Shown here one piece after another: positions 59,708 to 64,000 of a stretch of DNA of 64,000 nucleotides (positions are counted from its first letter, which is position 1; each line of letters begins with the position of its first letter). The translations under genes and the position numbers were made by a program. The notes under the pieces were generated by a model. The model was not told the DNA's origin and did not search any database. It saw only the letters and a program-made list of their open reading frames with translations. Source of the DNA: an uncultured Actinomycetes bacterium (GTDB lineage Bacteria; Actinomycetota; Acidimicrobiia; Spongiisociales; DATADW01); NCBI GenBank assembly GCA_963824995.1, contig CAWGRK010000016.1:1-64000 (forward strand), read 5' to 3'.

Positions 59708-60684
59708 ACGCTCGAGGTCCGGTGTTCGTCGCAGGATTGGAGCGGAGCGGCACCAGCCTGATGTTCGCCTTGCTCGCATCTCACCCCAATCTGGCGATGA
59801 CCCGGCGCACAAACCTCTGGACCTATTTCTTCGATCGATACGGCGACCTGGCCGAACCCGCCAACTTGGACCAGTGCCTGCAGACCATGTCCCGCTACAA
59901 GCGGCTAGTCGTCCTCCAGCCAGATTGGGCGCGGCTCCGTGAGGATTTCCAAAGAGGCGAACCGAGCTACGGGCGGCTCTTCGATCTGCTGGAGAGGCAA
60001 TACGCCGATCGGCTGGGGAAGCCGCGATGGGGCGACAAGTCGCTCAACACCGAGCGGTACGCCGGTCCGATCGTTGAGTCCTACCCCGAAGCGCGCATCC
60101 TTCACATGGTGCGCGACCCCCGCGACCGGTTTGCTTCAGTCATGGCTCGCTGGAAGGTGCGCCGTGGCGGCGCCGGCGCCGGTACCGCCGAGTGGCTGTC
60201 CTCTGTGAAGCTTGCTGAGCGGAACCTGAGGTACCACTCCGGTCAGTACCTGATCGTGCGGTACGAGGACCTCGCTTCAGCTCCAGAGTCCACGCTACGA
60301 GAGGTCTGCGCATTCATAGGCGAGGACTACGCACCTCAGATGATCGGTATGGCGGGTGCCGAGGCCTTCCGCGACCAGGGAAGCAACAGCTCGTACGGGG
60401 CTCGGGAAGTTGGCGTCATCTCGACCGAGTCGATCGGGCGGTTCGCCCAGGTCCTGTCGCCTCGTCAGATCGCCTTCATCCAAACGGTTTCCCGCAAACG
60501 GATGACCTCGCTGGGCTACGACCCGCAGCCGATCGCTCTCGGGCTCGAGGAGAGGGCCCGCCTCCTCGCGGTCGACATGCCGCTCGAGCTCGGCCGGTTG
60601 ATGGCGTGGAACGCCCGCCACGAGGTTCAGAACAGGGCCGGGCGCACCGTGCCCGGTTACAGATTGGTGGAGGGGGGGGCATGA
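59704..60684 (+). CDS. Sulfotransferase family protein
   Basis: VFVAGLERSGTSLM..LASHP, RWGDKS, HMVRDPRDRFAS, RYEDL..PE. Confidence 0.9.
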   Translation: MNARGPVFVAGLERSGTSLMFALLASHPNLAMTRRTNLWTYFFDRYGDLAEPANLDQCLQTMSRYKRLVVLQPDWARLREDFQRGEPSYGRLFDLLERQYADRLGKPRWGDKSLNTERYAGPIVESYPEARILHMVRDPRDRFASVMARWKVRRGGAGAGTAEWLSSVKLAERNLRYHSGQYLIVRYEDLASAPESTLREVCAFIGEDYAPQMIGMAGAEAFRDQGSNSSYGAREVGVISTESIGRFAQVLSPRQIAFIQTVSRKRMTSLGYDPQPIALGLEERARLLAVDMPLELGRLMAWNARHEVQNRAGRTVPGYRLVEGGA

Positions 60685-62174
60685 CCGCCCGGCACATCAA
60701 GGACACCAGGCTGGTCGCCGGCGGGCGGGGCTGGCGGGCGCTGCGCACGGGTGCGCTGGTGACGTCGGCGGCGGTCGGCGGGGCGGCCGTGGCGTACCTG
60801 CTGGTCGGGGGGCAGCTGGTCATGGCCTTGGCACTGTTGCTGGCGTTTCCCGCTTTCCTCGTGTTGCAGCGATACCCGATTGCAGTGATCTCCGTCTGGC
60901 TGCTGGCCGCTCCGTTCCTCACCTCCAACGAGCAGGGGACCTCCGGCCGAACCGTCTTCTGGCTGGTCCATCGGGCATTGCCCGTTGTGGCAGTGCTTGC
61001 CGTGGTGATCACCAGGATGGTGGGTATCCGACGCCGTCCGCTTCCCCGACTGGGCTGGCCCGAGCTGGCCATGGCGGCGTATGTCATCTCCACCGTGTTG
61101 TCGGTGGCCTTCACCTCTCCCGAGGTCGAGGCGACGCTCTACCTGCTCTACGACCGGGTATTCGTCCCGATGTGCCTCTACTTGCTGATTCGCCTCCTCG
61201 AGCCGGGGGAGCGCCAACTGAGACTGCTGCTCCCTGTCCTCGGATTCGTGCTGGTCAGCCAATCTCTGATCGGCGCCCTCTCCTGGATCTCGCCGGAACT
61301 ACTGCCGGCGGGCTGGCTGGGCCGCGAGGGAACCCGAACCGTTGGATCTCTGCAGCACCCCAATGTTTTCGGCACGACGATGCTGCTGTGCGGAGCGATG
61401 CTCCTGCACGGGGCGCTCAGCAGCCCTCCAGGCAAGCGGGCCCGACGTACCGTGCTGGTCGCTGGGTTCATCCTCGCTCTGGCCATGGTGTTCTTCACCT
61501 ACTCGCGGGCGAGCTGGCTGGCGGGAGGCGTAGTGGTGCTGGGGCTCGCCTTCGTCTACCGCCGGTTCACCGCGAAGTTCGCATTGGTGATCGGCCTCGC
61601 CTGCATCCTGCTACTGGGCTCCGGCCTCATCAGCGGCCAAGCCGAGATAGCCGCCCAGCGGTTCAATGCGGAGGAATCAGCGCTCAGTCGACTCCCGATT
61701 GCGCTTGGGTCGACCCGCATGTTCCTGGAGAAGCCCGTCGGTGGCTGGGGATACGGGAACTTCGACCGTTACAACTACCAGTTCCAGGGAGCAGTCGACG
61801 GTCTGGTGGTCCCCGATAAGGAACACCCGTCCCACAACCTCTATCTGACGATCCTCGCCGAGCAAGGAATCATCGGTCTGTTCCTGTTCCTGTTTCCTGT
61901 GCTGTGGTGGCTTGGCGTCACGAGATCCAGCCTACGGAAGTTGCCTCCGTCGGGGCTTATCAGCCGCAACCTCATACGGGTCCTCTGGCTCGGGATGGCC
62001 GCCTTCTTCATCGTCACCAACTTCTCGAACCTCCGCGTGGTGATAGGCACCGGCCTGTGGTGGATGACACTGGGCCTGATCGCCTCGGTGCTCGAGCGCT
62101 ACCGCAAGGATGAACTTCCTGGGCAGGAGGGCCAGAACTCAGTTCCGGCTGACGCTGGCCGGGTGACGCCATGA
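60681..62174 (+). CDS. O-antigen ligase/Wzy polymerase family membrane protein
   Basis: Many TM helices, RTVGSLQHPN, TYSRASW, P..GWGYGNF, HPSHNLYL..LAEQGIIG. Confidence 0.9.
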   Translation: MTARHIKDTRLVAGGRGWRALRTGALVTSAAVGGAAVAYLLVGGQLVMALALLLAFPAFLVLQRYPIAVISVWLLAAPFLTSNEQGTSGRTVFWLVHRALPVVAVLAVVITRMVGIRRRPLPRLGWPELAMAAYVISTVLSVAFTSPEVEATLYLLYDRVFVPMCLYLLIRLLEPGERQLRLLLPVLGFVLVSQSLIGALSWISPELLPAGWLGREGTRTVGSLQHPNVFGTTMLLCGAMLLHGALSSPPGKRARRTVLVAGFILALAMVFFTYSRASWLAGGVVVLGLAFVYRRFTAKFALVIGLACILLLGSGLISGQAEIAAQRFNAEESALSRLPIALGSTRMFLEKPVGGWGYGNFDRYNYQFQGAVDGLVVPDKEHPSHNLYLTILAEQGIIGLFLFLFPVLWWLGVTRSSLRKLPPSGLISRNLIRVLWLGMAAFFIVTNFSNLRVVIGTGLWWMTLGLIASVLERYRKDELPGQEGQNSVPADAGRVTP

Positions 62175-63145
62175 GCCCTGCGATCGAGCAGAAGTGGGTG
62201 TCCTGGCTCGACTCGGATGCCTGGCGCAGCTTCGGTAGGTCGAGCATCGGCGCCACCATCTTCGAAAGCCGTGTTTATCGTGCCGCAGACACGGCCCGCC
62301 GTTACGTGCGGGCCGGTCTGAGCACGCTGCGGCATCCCGACCTGTTCTCCGGGGTCGAGACCTTTTGTGCCTTCATTGGGCACGTGAAAAGCGGAGGGAC
62401 CTTGCTGGGCACGCTACTCGACGCCCACCCCCGGGCCCTCGTCGCCGATGAGGCCGACGCCTTCCGCTACGTCGCAGCCGGGTTCGGCCGCGACCAACTC
62501 TTCCACCTGCTCCTCAAGGGGTCACGCCGCGAGGCGCTGAAGGGTCGCGTGACCGCCCGCCGCCTCGGGGCCTACGACTTCGCCGTTCCTGGGCAGTGGC
62601 AGGGGCGGGCCACCCGGGCGCAGGTGATCGGCGATTCACGGGCAAGTCCAACGACGCGACTTCTGGGCCGCCGTCCAGAACTGTTGGACCGATTGCGGTC
62701 GGTCCTGGGCAGTGTCGAGGACCGCTACGTCCATGTGGTTCGCAATCCCTTCGACCCCATCAGCGCCATGGTGATGCGAGGCCGGCGGAGCATCGAGGAT
62801 GCCACCGCTGACTACGCCGCACAGTGCGCCCGTCTTCTCGACCTGCGGAGCATCCTCCCAAGCGGTCGGGTCCTCACGGTGAGGTACGAGGAATTCACCG
62901 AGCAGCCGAAGGCTGGGCTGGCTCGCGCGTGCGGGTTTCTCGGTCTCGACCCGGTGCCGGATTACTTGGATTCATGCGCCGCCATCGTGCAGCCGGGACA
63001 GCAACGGGAACGGGGTGCCGTCGACTGGACCCCGGCCGCGGTCGACGCGGTTGAGGGGCTGATCGAGACGGTGCCCTTCCTCGCCGGCTACGCCTACGAA
63101 GCGCCTGCGCCAGGAGCTAAGACCGACGACGGGAGGAGGCGGTGA
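62171..63145 (+). CDS. Sulfotransferase family protein
   Basis: FIGHVKSGGTLLGTLLDAHP..ADE, VIGD, HVVRNPFD, RYEEF..P. Confidence 0.82.
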   Translation: MSPAIEQKWVSWLDSDAWRSFGRSSIGATIFESRVYRAADTARRYVRAGLSTLRHPDLFSGVETFCAFIGHVKSGGTLLGTLLDAHPRALVADEADAFRYVAAGFGRDQLFHLLLKGSRREALKGRVTARRLGAYDFAVPGQWQGRATRAQVIGDSRASPTTRLLGRRPELLDRLRSVLGSVEDRYVHVVRNPFDPISAMVMRGRRSIEDATADYAAQCARLLDLRSILPSGRVLTVRYEEFTEQPKAGLARACGFLGLDPVPDYLDSCAAIVQPGQQRERGAVDWTPAAVDAVEGLIETVPFLAGYAYEAPAPGAKTDDGRRR

Positions 63146-63921
63146 CGATCATCGAGTTGGCCGGCGCCCCCGGTGCCGGCAAGACCACCATGGTGCCCGA
63201 GGTGCAGGAGGCCTGCCGGGTCGCCGAGCTCACCCCCTACACGACGGTGGAGGCCGCTCGCCCCTTTGCGGCGCGAACCCTGCTCGGCCGGACGGTGGCC
63301 ATTCTCCCGAAAGAGGCACGGCGCGCTGCATTATGGGGAGTGTTCCGTCTCTACTCGGCGGGACACTCGGTCCGCTTCGTACTGCAACGCCGCAGCCTGG
63401 CGTCGCTGGTTTTTCGCAGCCAGCTCCGTCGCCCGGCCGAGTCAGACTCCCGGCGGCGTCGGGTTCTCTACTGGTGGTACCGCATGGCCGGGGCCCATCA
63501 GTTCGTCCAGGCGCATGGGAAGTCCGGGGAGGCGCTGATTCTGGACGAGGGTTTCGTCCACCGCGCTGTGCAGATCTTCGCCTCGGCCGTAGAGCGCCCC
63601 GAGGCGGCGGCGGTGGCCGCCTATGTTGACCTGGTCCCTCCGCCCGATCTGCTGATCCACGTCGCCGCACCCGCCGACGTGTGCCGGCACCGGGTGCGCG
63701 GGCGCGGCGTCTGGTCGAGGCTGCAGCACCGCCGTCCCGCTGAGATCGACCGGTTCGTCGAAAATGCTCACCACACGGTCGAGCTTGCCGTGGCAGCAGC
63801 GCGCAGCAGGGGCTGGCAGGTGATAGAGGTCGCCAACGGGGACCTCGATTCCGCCTCGGCGGCGGCTGAGCTCCGGTGCCGACTGGCGGGCGACGTGCTC
63901 ATCGGGGCCGCCCGTGCTTGA
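63142..63921 (+). CDS. P-loop nucleotide-kinase-like protein (thymidylate-kinase-like)
   Basis: IIELAGAPGAGKTT, LILDEG, PDLLIHV.AP..VC..RV..RG. Confidence 0.75.
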   Translation: MTIIELAGAPGAGKTTMVPEVQEACRVAELTPYTTVEAARPFAARTLLGRTVAILPKEARRAALWGVFRLYSAGHSVRFVLQRRSLASLVFRSQLRRPAESDSRRRRVLYWWYRMAGAHQFVQAHGKSGEALILDEGFVHRAVQIFASAVERPEAAAVAAYVDLVPPPDLLIHVAAPADVCRHRVRGRGVWSRLQHRRPAEIDRFVENAHHTVELAVAAARSRGWQVIEVANGDLDSASAAAELRCRLAGDVLIGAARA

Positions 63922-64000
63922 CACTCGGCTCCCACCGCTGAGTATCCCCAAGCCGGGGCGGGTACTCGGCTCCATACAGGCGCGGTGGCGTCCGGCGGTT
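63914..64000 (+). CDS. Probable start of the next operon gene, truncated by the window edge
   Basis: GTG overlapping the previous gene's end; frame open to the edge (29 codons). Confidence 0.35.
   Translation, partial: MLDTRLPPLSIPKPGRVLGSIQARWRPAV

Overview
High-GC bacterial DNA, most likely Actinomycetota and plausibly Acidimicrobiia. This is inferred from the fhaA-fhaB-pstP-rodA-pbpA-pknB/trpG/crgA block, the long Alu-type SRP RNA and the Thr/Ala-rich lipoprotein linkers. From left to right the window holds: (1) a GlcNAc-glycan utilisation operon (ABC transporter, GH84 O-GlcNAcase, SIS protein, sugar kinase, GntR/DasR-type regulator with dre-like operators) opposite a GNAT resembling the pseudo-HAT domain of animal O-GlcNAcase; (2) accessory redox, regulatory and DNA-repair genes; (3) tRNA-Ala with a 1.08-kb integrase-less island; (4) DtxR, thiolase and a secreted SpaA-like protein; (5) DnaA boxes and the pknB cell-division cluster; (6) tRNA-Leu, serS, a 70-bp tandem repeat, a large SRP RNA, tadA and all four tRNA-Ser isoacceptors around a maltodextrin/GH57 locus; (7) from about 52.5 kb, a Wzy-type polysaccharide locus with four sulfotransferases. 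The most striking item is that locus's chain-length regulator (55675-57705). Instead of a tyrosine kinase it carries a degenerate GGDEF domain with an intact RxxD c-di-GMP site and a C-terminal domain resembling the tail of BREX PglX/BrxX methyltransferases. Many genes in the first ~27 kb carry single-base frameshifts that look like long-read errors. All family assignments are by motif recognition, without database searches.
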